NCBI GenBank assembly: GCA_010909165.1
Contig: MU008162.1
Coordinates: 868,001 to 932,000 of the forward strand
Length of the DNA stretch: 64,000 nt
Direction: 5' to 3'
Origin: Anthoceros angustus
Lineage: Eukaryota > Plantae > Anthocerotophyta
Notes under the pieces: generated by a model
Seen by the model: only the letters and a program-made list of their open reading frames with translations
What the model was told of the DNA's origin: nothing
The model's database searches: none
Shown here: positions 39,111-52,466 of the stretch, in pieces
How positions within the stretch are numbered: position 1 is the first letter of the stretch
Layout: each line of letters opens with the position of its first letter
Program-made: the position numbers and the translations under genes

Positions 39111-39673
39111 TCCAGTTCCTGAGGTTCCACATCGCCCTCAGACTCTACATCCTTGTACGGGAAGACACCCTCATTCACTATTCCCTTACCACTGCACTGC
39201 CTTCTACTGAAGGGCCAGTAAACGTAACTTCATCCCTAGCCCTCAAAACAATGCCGCGTGCTGTGACCTTCATCACAACTACCGCATCCAGCCATCAGGG
39301 CAATTCCGTGTAACCGAATCCTTTGTGACCTTGGTCAACAACCATGCGTGCCAGGCAGTTGCCCACCAGTATGTTATGTAGCTGTACAGCCACATGACAT
39401 AGTCCCACAGTGACCAGCCGGCAGCAAACGTGTGCCATCGTGACTCTGTTTGGGCATGCCCACATTTGGATGACGGATTTAGGTCTCGCACATCGGAAAC
39501 CGGGACGCGATTCCCGATTCCTTGTCAGGGCCGAGCCGAGTCCACACGCTTCCGACACAGAAAGCGCGGGGGAGCCGGGCACACGCTTCCAACACCGAAA
39601 GGGCCCAAAAGGTGTGGAGCCTGGTAGCTTGCAAGCAAGGTAGTTTGCAAGCAAGGTACACCAACATTGACCG

Positions 39674-40522
39674 ATGCCGGACCCAGTCACGATCGCCCAG
39701 CTGGTGCTCGGGGGAGCCCGGTTCGCATGGAGCGTGGGGAGGGCAGTACACGGCAGCGTAAACCGATCACGCGATCGGAGCCGGCAACGAGAGCAGATCA
39801 CGCGATCGTACAGGAGCGCGGAGCTGTACGCCCCGCCGCCTCGCCCACGCAGGACCTTGCACCATGGCCCCTGCATCAGCGTGTACCGCCCGCAACGCGC
39901 TAACGACACATTCGAGGACGAGGGGACGGGCATCCAGATGGGCACCGGGTTCAATCCCCGCAGAGTCATGCCACCCGAGGTCCACTGGCGGGATCCCTTT
40001 GCTCGAGGCGGAATCGGCACCGTCATGGCTGTGGACTGGACCAGCGGGACGGCCTGGGCGTTCGTGGAGATTGAGGACACCTACCACCTCTGGTACACAG
40101 TGCAGGACATCGACACGGGTTTCTTCCTCCGATCCAACCGGTATGCCGTCGCCACATTCACGCTCGAGGACGGGTGCCCGGTCTGGGGCGACGTTCCCCT
40201 CGAGCTCATGGACGGCTTCCCGTACCCCGGCAGCCCGGGATCCACCAACGAGTGGAGGCGCTTGGGATTTTCTTCCCAGCTCTCGCAGGGCGACCGCGTT
40301 TTTGTGGGCATGACGCGGGCGCTGTTGATGGGCATCTTGGTGGGGAGGTTCCAGGATCCCACCACGATCAACGTCGACACCATACTAGACGACCAGGGGA
40401 ACACTTTCATCCACATCGATTCTGGCGTGCCGTCGCCCAGGCGCAGGAGGGGGCCAGCGCATATCACTGTCTTCAGGGCGAACACTCGGCATTGGGCGGA
40501 GGAGTTCGTCTGGGTCGGCTAG
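39674..40522 (+). CDS. Intronless hypothetical protein, 282 aa, no recognised family
   Basis: Uninterrupted ATG-to-TAG ORF with visibly G/C-ending codons and globular, Trp/aromatic-rich composition, set in otherwise decayed DNA. Confidence 0.72.
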   Translation: MPDPVTIAQLVLGGARFAWSVGRAVHGSVNRSRDRSRQREQITRSYRSAELYAPPPRPRRTLHHGPCISVYRPQRANDTFEDEGTGIQMGTGFNPRRVMPPEVHWRDPFARGGIGTVMAVDWTSGTAWAFVEIEDTYHLWYTVQDIDTGFFLRSNRYAVATFTLEDGCPVWGDVPLELMDGFPYPGSPGSTNEWRRLGFSSQLSQGDRVFVGMTRALLMGILVGRFQDPTTINVDTILDDQGNTFIHIDSGVPSPRRRRGPAHITVFRANTRHWAEEFVWVG

Positions 40523-41269
40523 ATGATGATGAGTTTTTGCTGCGAATCTCGAGACTCGGGAAATTCTGGTGCAAATCTCCGACCACATACGATTCGAATG
40601 AGGAAAAGTTTGACAACATGTTGCATTTCACAGATCCCGCGAATGAAATGTGAGAGTCAGGTTGCGATCCTGAGATGTGTGGCTTCAGAGCCCAGAATGC
40701 TTCCGCTCCGCCACTCTGATACCTTCGATTGTAGCTATCTTGCTATATATATTCTTCTTGTTTTTGTTGGGTGTCACATAAGCCTTCATTTCCCGATTGC
40801 ACGAGGGGGTACACCGTACAACTCCTTCCTGAAGAAGCTGTAAGGGCTGACACGCGTTCAAGTAGGTAGTGTAACCCAGCGTGTGCGAAATCAGGCTCTT
40901 CAGATTGGGCTCTTGTTAACATTATTCATAAGTGCAGTGGACGATTTTAGGTCTGTTATGTAGGAACCACAGCTCTCCTTTTCATCGAGAGCGTTCTTGG
41001 TCTTACTGGGTTTATCTCATCGCTTTCTGTTCAACGTACATAACCGCTGTGTACAATTAAGACATACCTCTACCTACGGGTACAGGCCTAGTTTTTAGCG
41101 TACCTAATGATAAACCAATATACCTACTGGTGCTACCAAGGCCCATCTTGATGATATACGAACTGCTCTGCCGACACTGCCAGTGCTCCTCGCTTCCACG
41201 TGGGGGCCAGTCAATTTCCCCCTTCGCTGCGTCTCCCTGGCAAACATATCATGTTGAGGCTCGGCAAGC

Positions 41270-44200
41270 TTATTTGGAGGGCAGTTCCTTCTCCAGCATC
41301 CGCCGAAGCAATAAATTTAAGTCCTGAATGACAGCGGACACATTGCGGGGCTGTCCCTCAGGCCGTTGCGTGCTCCCCGAACGAACTTGTTGTGAAGGGA
41401 GAATTCCTACACCTTCCTGCTGGCTCTCTTTAATCACGTCCTTCTCAAGGGTTGGGACTGATGTTCCAAGACCCAGAGCATCACCTGCTGGGGTCTCAAG
41501 GGTTGGGACTGGTGTTCCAACACCCAGTGCATCACCTGCTGGGGTAGAATTGCCCGCGGGAGCACTTGTGGCAAACGCCTCTGCCAACGGCTCATGAGAC
41601 ATGGAATCGGCAACAGCTGTACACCAGAACTTGTCTAGTGCCTGCAAGAAAGCAATGAGAAAAGTAAGCGCCAAGTTTTCACAAGCCAGCATTCACAATT
41701 TCCAAACCAGCATCTCTGTCTTGCCAGTCTAATTAGAGAAGGTATTCATTGCATGGTTCAAGCCCACCCGTTCGGAGGCTTCTAATGGGTCTTCGTCACC
41801 AGTAAATGTACCAAACTCGTATTTCAGAGGCGGTTCTTTATCTGCAGGAAGTATCCATGAAGCTTGGTAGTTCTGTGGAAAGGCAAGATATCAGAGGAGA
41901 CCAACTGCGACGACCATCACAAAGGGCCGCACCGAACCGAGCGCTCACTTGTGAGTCCGTAGGCTCCCATGCAGTAGTACTGTCGATGCCTAGAAGTTCC
42001 TCGAACCGTCGACTTATGAAAACTTCCATTGCACCCCACCACTTGATGTGCCGACGACAGAAAAACAGAATGATGGCTATGGTTGTAAGAAACGCAATCA
42101 ATCCAATACCGGTACCAAGAGCTAAACGTAATACATCTGCCAAGTATTGAGAACGATTTAGCAACAGTTATCGTAGATTTCACGGCCATAGTTCGCTGCA
42201 GGAACAACTTCTCAACTTAAGGAGCAGTGCCTATACCTCGAATGGTTGGCACTTTCCCTTTTAGCAACTCCACCATTGCATTTGAGTGAAGAGGAACAGA
42301 AGCAGCAGTTGTGCAGTCACCATAACATCCAAAACTACCCAGGTCATTAACATCCATTGTCAAATTCCCTCTCACGTTCCCGGCCTACACCAAGGACTTT
42401 ATACTGTTAGGCAGAGACGACACTTTCCACACAATTCTTTAAAAGAAACTATGGAGTTAACTGGTGCAGGTGTTTACCCCCGGGTACCACAGAAGGGAGC
42501 TGAGAGCGATATTTGCTTCATCAATTGAAGCTGTGAAGCAGATGCCTTGACCACTGACATCCATGGTATGTCCATCCCAAGCCCTAGAAACTGGAGTCCA
42601 CCTTCCTTTGTTGCAAACGGAGGCATCAATGTATGCCGTGCTAACTAGTGTCATTAAGAGTTGCCCATTATCAATACTCAAACACGTGTGCAGCCGAAGC
42701 ACCTGGGTATCAGCTGCTAAAACACTGACAGTGTCAGAGTTGCGAATTAAGTGCATTACAATACGCACCTTCGAAGTCATAATTATATGATGCAAAAGCT
42801 CAGGATGCGACCAAGGCTAGACTTCAATCAAACATGCTGTCTACAGGGTTGCATTACTTCGATCACACGTTAGTCCCAAGGTGCCTACCATGAGAATCAA
42901 ACTGATCAGGATCTCCAACTGAGATTCCCTTGACGTCTCCAAACCACCAAGTAGTTTGGATAGTTGCCTCAGCCAAAATGTAGGGTGGATCGTTGACTGC
43001 TGTAATATATAGCTTAATTGAGCGAGTGTCACCAACTTCAGCTGCTCCCCCTGCCCCAGGATTGAACACCTGAAATGTGATATTATCCTCGCCATTATAG
43101 TAATTAGACCTGCCAAAACACAATGCTAGCATAAGATGAGAAAAGATACAAACCCTCACACATGAATCACATAACGGATAAAGATACCCTGCATATTGAA
43201 TGGCTTGCAGAGCAGCATTCAAAACCGGGATACTCCCAGAAAACTGTAATGACTTGGGGGATTGCTGTTCAGTTGATGCTCCTCCAACTGTGAAACCCTG
43301 ATCCATTTCAGATAGAAGTACTACTGACTGCCACAGGTTTCTCAACATGGGAGCAAAGTACAGCACTCCGTGCAGAGCAGTCAACTTCACAGCCAATGTT
43401 GTGCTGGGAGTGTTGAAGCCCACCTCCATACACGGTATGCCCCTGTTGGTCAGATGTGTAACCATGTGAGCCGACCCTTGAGATGTGCACAGGTCCAACT
43501 TCGAGGAGATCCACTGAAATGTGCCTTACCCCTGCAATGGTATCGGCCGACCTTCCAGTGCATACAGGGCAACAGGTGTTGACAGGACATATGGAAAGCT
43601 CAGGACTATGTCTGCAGTGATAGTATTGTAGCTTGCTGTGCACTGAACTGGCTGTGACTGAGGCCCACCCAAGTAGTCTACAATATTTCAAAACAGACTT
43701 AGATTGGACTACTCCACTGTATACAAGAACTGTGTCCATGATCAAGCCTGTCACATACCTGAGGTCACATTAACGAGAAAAGGACTCAACGCGATGTGCA
43801 CATTGTTCGCCTTGACCGAAAGTTGGTATTGGCCAACTTCAAGAATTGTGTAATTGGCTATGTATAAACCGCTGGATAATTGTAAAAACTGATTTGCCTG
43901 CTGTGCATTGTTTTGAAGAATGAACGAGAATGCCACAGAATTGCCTTGCTCGTCAATTTGACTTGGAGGATTGTTGCCAAATGCATCCTTGACTTGCACC
44001 CATATGTACTGAACTGTATCTCTCAAAGCTAGCCCCAGCCCCGATCCAAAACCAATACACGAAGGGACATGAACAGGTCCTGCAGTGAGCGCAAGAAGAA
44101 CCATGTGCACCATTACGAGCCAACTTCATGCCGAAATACAAGGAAGTTTTGCCAACTATATTCTTGAACGTAAGTTACAAAATAGACCTCAGGTCCTCAA

Positions 44201-47200
44201 TCTGGTGGCTGTTATTTGCACCTAGTTCCTCAAAAGCAGGAATTACCAGCAGAAACATTTATCGTGAAGGGGCTATTTTTTATCATCTTTTCTCCTAAGT
44301 AAATGGTGACGAGGTAGGAGCCTGCTAAATTCCAGTCCACAGTTCCAAAATAACTCCCATTTCCCACAGGCAGCAATGAAATGGTGTTGGGAGGCCCGTT
44401 ACTGCAAATGATACCCACAGTGAAACTGGATGGACAGGACACTCCTGTTGTATTCGTAAAGCGGTTCCCAAACTGATCACATAAGTCTACAAATATGTCA
44501 TCTCCCGCTCCAGCTATGTGATCATGAAGAGCTGATCCAGTACCAACACTTGATTCTACTGACCAGCCACCTGGTGCACGCAATTGCACCACATTTAGCA
44601 GGGAGGCCCTTGTAGACAACAGCATATTATATGTCAAAAAAAATATTCAAGCACCTGCATCTACAGTAAGAATATAAGGTCCGCCACTAATATTTGTCCC
44701 AAAGAGAGTGATCAGCAGATTGTAATCTCCCATATCAGTGATATTGAGATGAGCAACATAAGTTCCTGCAGCTTTATCAAGATACGCAGACACACTGTCA
44801 TCCATGCTGCTAGGACGTGGCAGAACCTCCACTGCGAATTGCAAGTTTTTCTCAGACTGTAGGAGCCTGTGGTTGGCATCATACACGGCGATTGTCACAT
44901 TAGCAATTTGTCCTGCCTCTATCTCCCGAGAGGTTGGAGAAATGGATGCTGTGCAATAAGAGGCCCGAAGTCCACCTGCATATCACAGAGATTGTAGGCT
45001 TGCAGTGGCTGTCAATCTTGAAGTGGCGAAAGAGATGCATCATGTACCTGGACTAACAACAGACACACGAAAGGGGCTGCCACTTATATGAGTGTCGAGA
45101 AACTTCATGCTAACTGTATATGCTCCAACTTTATCCGCGGTATAAGATGCACCATACAACCCATAGCCAAGTTCGCTAAAGTTTCTGACCACAACAGTCC
45201 CTGAGCCTGTAACAGCCAGTTTCAGCAATTCCTCTTTCCCACTTACACCGTTGCCCTCCAAGTCCAGCAAGTGGACGCTCAGGTCATTCCACTGGTTCGT
45301 ACAGGCCAAACGAGAGAGGCCCTCTCCAGTTGCAAAGGTTGTCTTCAAGCTCACATTTCCTGCACAACATGAGTTAGTTCCAGTAAGAAAGGCTGGGTGA
45401 ATGGTACTACGACTGGATCCACAAGGTCCTTCGGAAATGCTGGATATTCTCAGATTCAACATTCGCAGCTGACTTTTAAATGCTCTGAGTATGACCTTCA
45501 TGCCAGGGGTGCAGTATTACAGCTCCACTGCATCCGGTAGCATGAGAGCCAAAGGCAATACCTGCTGTTAAGGTGAAGGAAAAAGGAGATCCTTGTATTT
45601 CTGTGGTGCTGTTGCCAACAAACAGTAAATATGCTCCAATCGCCTGCAAGCTAAAGCTCACAATGATCTGTCCAAGAGTGCTGTTGTGATATGGCTCCAC
45701 GCTCAGATCAGAAACGCTCATGGACCGGTGTGGCCTTTCTAGCGAGGCAATACTGACAGTGAAAACGCTGGCAGATATATCCATAACAGTGTTTCCCCAA
45801 GCATCCTTCGGAGTTACCAGGAGCTGCACAGGAGAGCCAGCTTCATATGTAGAGTCAAACCAATATCCTGTACAAGTTGGTGCGGACAAAGCCCCTAGAA
45901 CAGAGCCGAATAATCAGGAGTAACTCGGTTGACCTTCACTATGCACGTCAGAACCAAAGATGAGCTCATAACTTCACTGAGAACTTCATGCCAACTTACA
46001 CCCCAAGGTGCTGTGCTGAGAGTGTCGTACCTGGCACATATACAAAGGAAAATGGAGATCCAAGGATCTCTACAAATGCATGGTCTGAACTCCCAACTTT
46101 GATGTAATACTTGCTAGGTTCAGTAAAGGTGATGCTAATGAGTTGTGCCCCCTGCTCGACACTGTCGTGAGGAGTGAGGGTTGCGTTTGAACTGTCAACC
46201 AAAGCATTGGAAGTGGCACTGTAGACCTGATATGCAAAGTTGTAGTAACCAGACGTTGCTGAAACCACATTTCCATACTGATCCCGCTGAGTAACCCTCA
46301 ACCGGGCCTCTGTTCCAGCTGCAAACACGTTCTCACTATTCAACCACATCCCTGTGCACGCCTGTACAGACAGTGGTCCTACAGAAGCCATTTCGACAAG
46401 TTAGAATTTACTCCCCTAAAAGACCAAGTTTCAGGGATTCTTATTTCCCTTTCACATATCTGTAACTTGCACCTGCTAATACTGTGATTGTGAATGGACT
46501 GCCAGGGATGCCAGTCTGCTCAACCACCGATGAATTATCGGCAGTTGATTGGTTGGCTCCAACTGTCACACTGACAGGGATGGTTGAGCCAGTATCTGGT
46601 ATTTCGTAAACTGTGTACCGAACTGTGGCACTTCCTGCTTCATAGGAAATGCTCGCAGATGTATTGGTGCCACTGGGTGTGAATCCTATGCTTAAGACAC
46701 CAGTTGGAAAGGCATTGTTGAAATAATCATGTAAACTGACCTTGAATTCGTTCACCTTCCCTGCCAGTCCTCCTAAGTGTTCATACAAAGGCAACATCCA
46801 GGCTCAGTTAACATAACACTGACAAGATCCCAACCATGAACCAAGAAGACGTTAATACCTTGCAGACCACTTCCTGATGCAACACAAGCTTCTGTGTGAA
46901 TGGGACCTGCGCACCACAAAAAGAGGGCTCACAACAATCCAGAATCAATGTAGCTTTCTTGAATGGGCAAGACTTTTAAGACAAAACCTCCGATTGTAAA
47001 TCGTGGGAACAGAGCTAACTTTTGGGGTTGACACATGGATGGAACTTTGCACCTGGCAGCACAGTCTTATTGAACAGGATCTGTGGACCGATTACAACTG
47101 CTTTCCCAGTGTTACGATCAGATGCTTTTATCTGAATTTTGTAAGAGCCTGCTACACTCGCTTTGTAGCTGACATTATAAAAACCAGCTCCTATGGGAGC

Positions 47201-50200
47201 TTGCGAGACAGTAACGCCATTCAGTTCTGCCTCTGTGTTACCACTCACAAGGAATATCCTCACTGTCAGGAGAAAAGCTGCGGAAGGTCCAGCACTTGGA
47301 TTTCCATAGGAATCCCGGAACTGGATTATAAAGCTTGCAGTCACCCCGGCAACTGTATCCATGAGACCTGGACCTTGCATGAGAGTCATTGTCGAGTTCC
47401 AAGGGCCTGCAATTGCAATTATGAGAGATCACAAGGCTGGGGCATACAGTCTTTGCAGAGCAAGATCCCATGAACAAATTGCCACCTTCGACAAAATTCT
47501 GGATCAATTAGAAAGGGGGAGCATATGTTGCTACCAGCTAAAGAATTGAAAGCAAAAGGTGAATCTTGTATGAAGTTGTTATCAACATCTGACACAACAA
47601 GTTCGAGATTCCCAGCTTCGAAGATCGTGAACGTGACAGTTTGATTGCTGGTCAGAATTGAAACTGAGGTATCCGGCTGGATCTGCATGTCACTAACAGG
47701 CACAAGCACCTGGGTTTGGCCTACAATACTGTAGACAGACGCAGTGAACTTGTGATAATCTGGCGACGATGACAAGAGAAGAATATTGCTGCCAAAGACA
47801 TCAAATTGTGAAACTACAAATGTCACCAACGCTCCAACTGCAAATGTCCGATTTCTTTGCACAAAAAATCCAGTGCAATTTTTAACTGAAAGAGGACCTG
47901 CAAGTATGTCCCAGGTTTCGGGCCAAAAATTACTCTCTAGAATATCTACCAATAAATCAGATTTAGATTGAATGTCCTAATCATGGCACAGAGACATTTA
48001 TGCAAGAAATGTTACCTACAGTCACAGAAAACAAAAATGGTGATCCCTGGATATAACTTTTGCCATTCCCAACTTGTAAGTGGTAGTCATGTCTAGGCAA
48101 AGCTGGCTTGAAGGAGATAATCTGTAATCCACTTCCATCTCCTGCCAGATGCACCGTCACATTTGTCGCCTGCTGCTCCAACACTACGGCCAGAAATCTC
48201 AGCCTTTGTACTTCAACGCCATTTGTTAAGCTTACGTTGTTTCCAAAAGTATCCACAGCCTGAACCAACAAGACAGCTTCCTGGAGAGGTGTAAATGTGT
48301 TTACTGCATTTAGCCAGAAGCCTTTGCTAGATGTCACAGAAATGGCACCTGCATAATGCATAAAACAAAAAGAGCCACAGTGACAAAACAGCAACCCTGG
48401 CCTGCTGCTTGACTCGTAGACATCTTTGATGCTGGAAATTAACGCAAAGAATGCGATGGGTGAGACACCTGCAGACACAAAGAAAAGAAAGGGTGATCCT
48501 GCTAAGCTTTGATTGCCCTGTTGCACGTGAAGCTGGTAGCGACCGGCTACACTAGGAACAAACTCAATATAAACCCGTCCATACTGCCACATTAGAGGTG
48601 TAACATTGTAAGCGTGCACATGTAGCCCTGGGATAGGGACAACTGGTATGTCCATTGGATAACTGGAAATAGATAGCATTTTTTCCATCTCTTCAATCAA
48701 ATTAGGATTCACCATCAGTTTGTTCCAGAAGCGGTCTAACAGAGTCACATAGAACGTGGCTATTGTGCCTGCCACAACTGTGTTCTTAGCCCACTGGCCT
48801 TGACACGCTGGGATGTAGAAAGTAGGGCCTGCAAAGTCCAGACTGAACAGGACTGAGCAGAAAGCACTAGCACTGAGGCAGTTATAACCACGACATAGGT
48901 TCCCCTTACACGTTGATGCTTACTTTGATCTGTCACCAAATGCAAGGGAGAGAATGAAAATTGTTCTTCGATGCTTCCAACGTGAAGCAGGAAGTATGTG
49001 TTTGAAGTCTTTGGGGCTAGAATCTGGAGCCTCTGGGATCCTGTCAAAACTTCATATTAGTCACTCCAATCCCCCGTACAAAAAAGTTTTTCACAAGCCA
49101 CTAAAATGTTGCAACCCTCCACGCAGCACGACCTGCAGAACATAGCAGAGCTGTTTTCTTGTACATACCGTCATTGTCTTCCTTGAGAACAGTCAACAAA
49201 GGCTTATAAGGAAAGCTTCCATCAGCTCTTGTAATTGTCAGCATCCAGCTGAAATAAACGTTCTTGACATTAGTTGCAGCACTGACAACATTCCCAAAGT
49301 TGTCTATCAGCTTCACATTGATGACCACAGGATCGCCTGGGATATAAGAACCAGTTGCATTAAATTGTCCTACGCTATTAACCAGCGATACAGTACCTGG
49401 CAGTGCACAAATGATGAAATTGATCCTCAACTTGCAGAGCAGGCAATTAGACACAAACTCCAACAAAACATCTGTGCGACAGCATGTGCGACTCAAGTTC
49501 AGGAACGGAGTTATTTTACGTCCAGGCAACACAGGCTTTAAAAGCAAATGAAATACCAACGTCTTGTCCAGCTACCTGGAAGTACTGTGATTGTGAAAGG
49601 GCCAATGAAACCAGAAGCATAGGTAGCAAAGAGCTGATATGTGTTAGCCATGACTGGAACAACAATTGAAAGAGCTTGCCCACTTCCTGTCACATCATTA
49701 GCATAAAAAGTGAATGAAGGGAACTGTCTGAAAATGCCACCCTCAGCAACAAAATAGCAAGACCAGGAATGGTCTAGTGGTGTAGATATCAAATTCTTGA
49801 AAGCGTCCCGCTGAGTAATAAAAAGGTAGACGTAATTTGCTCCACTAGAAGCAAAGAGACTTCGCGACACAAATCCTATCGAATCTGCAGCAGATAATGC
49901 ACCTGCAACTCAACAATACAATACAGATAAGATGTCTAGACATCATTTTGCCTTAAACTCCACCTGGATTGAATCATAGATTTAAGCTCTGCGCTTACCA
50001 GGCAAAACCGTTATGGACATAGGGGACCCTGGTGATTGCACAAGAGCACTCCCAACTTGCAAACGAAAAGTCTTGGCCTCAAAAGATGTGAATGAGATCA
50101 CCAGTGAAACCCCGTCTGTACCAAATACAATAGTCACTTCGGGGACAACTTGATACAGATTGAAGTCCAATAGCTTCGTGCCTGCAGAAAACTCATCGAG

Positions 50201-52010
50201 TATCTGGTTGGTTGCTTGAACACTGTTCATGTGTGCATCCTGAAGCGATACAACTAAAGTTATCTTGGTCCCTGCTATGTAAGGCCCGGGTGGCAGCGTG
50301 CATGGAGAGGAGGCTATGGACAAGGGACCTGAAACCAGAGAACAATTGCGTCATGATGGATTACTAAAAAACCATCTGACACTGCTCACTCGTCTGTTCT
50401 ACAATTTAGTCCCTATACCTGGAACAACTGTGAAGTTGAAGGGTTCATATGCGCCTTGGACAGACAATTTAACACCAAGGGACAATGAATAAGTGCCAGC
50501 AAGGCCAGTGGGAACTACAAAAATCATGAATGCATCTGAGGGCAGCCCATCCCAAGTTTTGATGGTTTTGTTATTCATAGAGTTCACTCCGAGGGAATTG
50601 CTGCCGGCGAACTTGTAAGGCCATGGTAGCCAGGTAGTTTGGGTAGGGGTTATTCCTGTAGTGTCATAACACACCGGATTCTTATATTCGTCATAAAAGG
50701 ATATGTTCCACATTAAAAGATCTCCTGCCACAAGAGTACTCGGACTGAGAAAAACGATAGGGCTTGTGAGAAAGGAAATACTGCCTGCGCCGTTCACAAT
50801 GAGCATATGGTCAGGTGACAATCGACACCAACACAAGCGTAATACAAAATCAGGAGGTCACATAAGCAAAACATAGGGGATCACCCACTTCTATGTATGC
50901 CACTGGTGGGAAAGAAGTTATCAGAATGTCACTGCAACTACTGAAAATCATACACATGATCACTTCCACGACACAGAACTTGTAAACAAACCTCCCCTAT
51001 CTGTAGCTAAATCCCGCAACAGCCTCACTGAGTGTGCTACAAGACATAACAGATAACGTCACCCCAAAATCCTGCTGCCACGACCTGGGTCTCACCCCGA
51101 CACTTCCAGTGAGATGTGCCCAGAGGCGATTTACCTGCCAAAAACTTGATGTCCCTGTATGGGCCCAAGCTTACGTAGGGGGCATCACCAGTCCACGTTG
51201 GACCCCAAACTTGGACAAGCCATCTCCACGTATCGTGAAAGGAAACCCGAGTGGATCTGCTCGAGCACTGAGCAATTGCCCCTTTACCAGCCTGGTTCGC
51301 ATCGAACGAGAAGCGGCAATTTAGGCCACCAATCTCGTGTTGCACACCGCATGTGGGGCAATCAGCTTGAGGAAAGTTGTCGATGGGCGGCCCCGCCAAA
51401 CTTTCCAGGGTGACTCTATGAAAGATGTCAGTCATATTAAACTGGAAGGTGCTGTGCAACGTTCCCCCACCCATCGGGTTACTCCACCATTGTTGGCCGC
51501 AGACAGGACAAAGGTAGTTGCAAGCCGGCCCTTCGCCGCAATAGCCCTTCGCTAAAAGTCTGCCCTTGTAATCCGAAGGTACATGCAACCCGCAAACCTT
51601 CCCAGTCGCGGCATCAGTCGTCCTGAAATAGACTGGAAAGTTCACTATCAAGAGCTCGCCCGATGCAACGTGAATGGGACCTAGGAACTCAACCGCGTGC
51701 CCAGGCTCCACACAAAACTTATCCGCATTCAACACCCCGGCTTTCACGTCGCCATTGCTGTAATCGTCAGCCACCTGATGACCTGGGACGGTGAATCCAT
51801 CTGGACGAAATTGGAAGTGTAAGCCGTCCCACAAAGGAGCACGTAAATTTCGCACACAGTTCTCTGAACAACTTTCCAGTACGTGGCAAGCAAAGCTACG
51901 ACGTACCGACGCATTGCTAAGTGTTACCAGAACTGACCGCTCACTGGGTACCCAGACAGCAGAAATATGGAATAAAGCGTGCCGCACAAACGACACATCC
52001 CGCTTCCCAT
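41270..52010 (-). CDS. GEX2: GAMETE EXPRESSED 2-like type I membrane protein with ~15 filamin/Ig-like repeats; multi-exon, boundaries approximate
   Basis: Repeated exons with D.FGN...I.GSPF...V.(P/A)G|GT motifs. GEX2-type C-terminal ectodomain (FSGSIPVLNAALQAIQY, YNGEDNI, ITAVNDPPYI, ISVGDPD). TM helix LALGTGIGLIAFLTTIAIILFFCRR at ~42055-42130. Candidate signal-peptide exon MGSGMCRLCGTLYSIFLLSGYPVSG at 52010-51928. Confidence 0.85.
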
Positions 52011-52146
52011 GTTGCGAGCACCGCGTAAATGCGCGTCAGAGCAATAGTGTGTATCATCCTAATAAGGGCCTCTAGCTATGGCAGGCGGCCGGTGTCGGTG
52101 TTAACAGTGATGCAGTGAAACTGAAGTTCAGCATCTACCCCTCCTC

Positions 52147-52232
52147 GAACTTGAAAGAAGCCGTTGTTTATGGAGCACACGCACACCATATGCCCCCCGA
52201 ACTTGAAAGAGGCCGTTGCCTGTGGAGCACAT
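52147..52232. promoter_or_regulatory. Duplicated ~52-bp promoter element, each copy with an RRCSGTT (DUO1-type MYB) motif
   Basis: GAACTTGAAAGAAGCCGTTG at 52147 and GAACTTGAAAGAGGCCGTTG at 52199, about 150-210 bp upstream of the candidate GEX2 ATG. Confidence 0.4.
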
Positions 52233-52466
52233 CATCTTTTCTAGTGTCTTATGATACCGTCCTTCTTCTTTTTTTTCATTGAATTATAGCTTTATAAAAA
52301 CAAATCTTATGACACGAAGGACAAAAATATAAAGCCTTACCAAGGCTTTTTCACTTCTCGAGGCTACGAGCGCCTCAAGATGAACAAAATCGTAGCCACG
52401 GATCACACAGAAGAAGAAGAAGAAGTATATTGAAGTCCACTAAGGACGGAATTTTCGTCATGGGAT

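Noticed and set aside
39295-40653. Alternative overlapping ORFs (e.g. 39295-40080 minus, 40174-40653 plus)
   Set aside because: They are shadows of the GC-rich 39674-40522 ORF, which has the ATG start and the more protein-like composition.
14969-52010. CFAP45 and GEX2 as a sperm gene cluster
   Set aside because: They are 24 kb apart with unrelated genes between them, so co-occurrence is plausibly chance.
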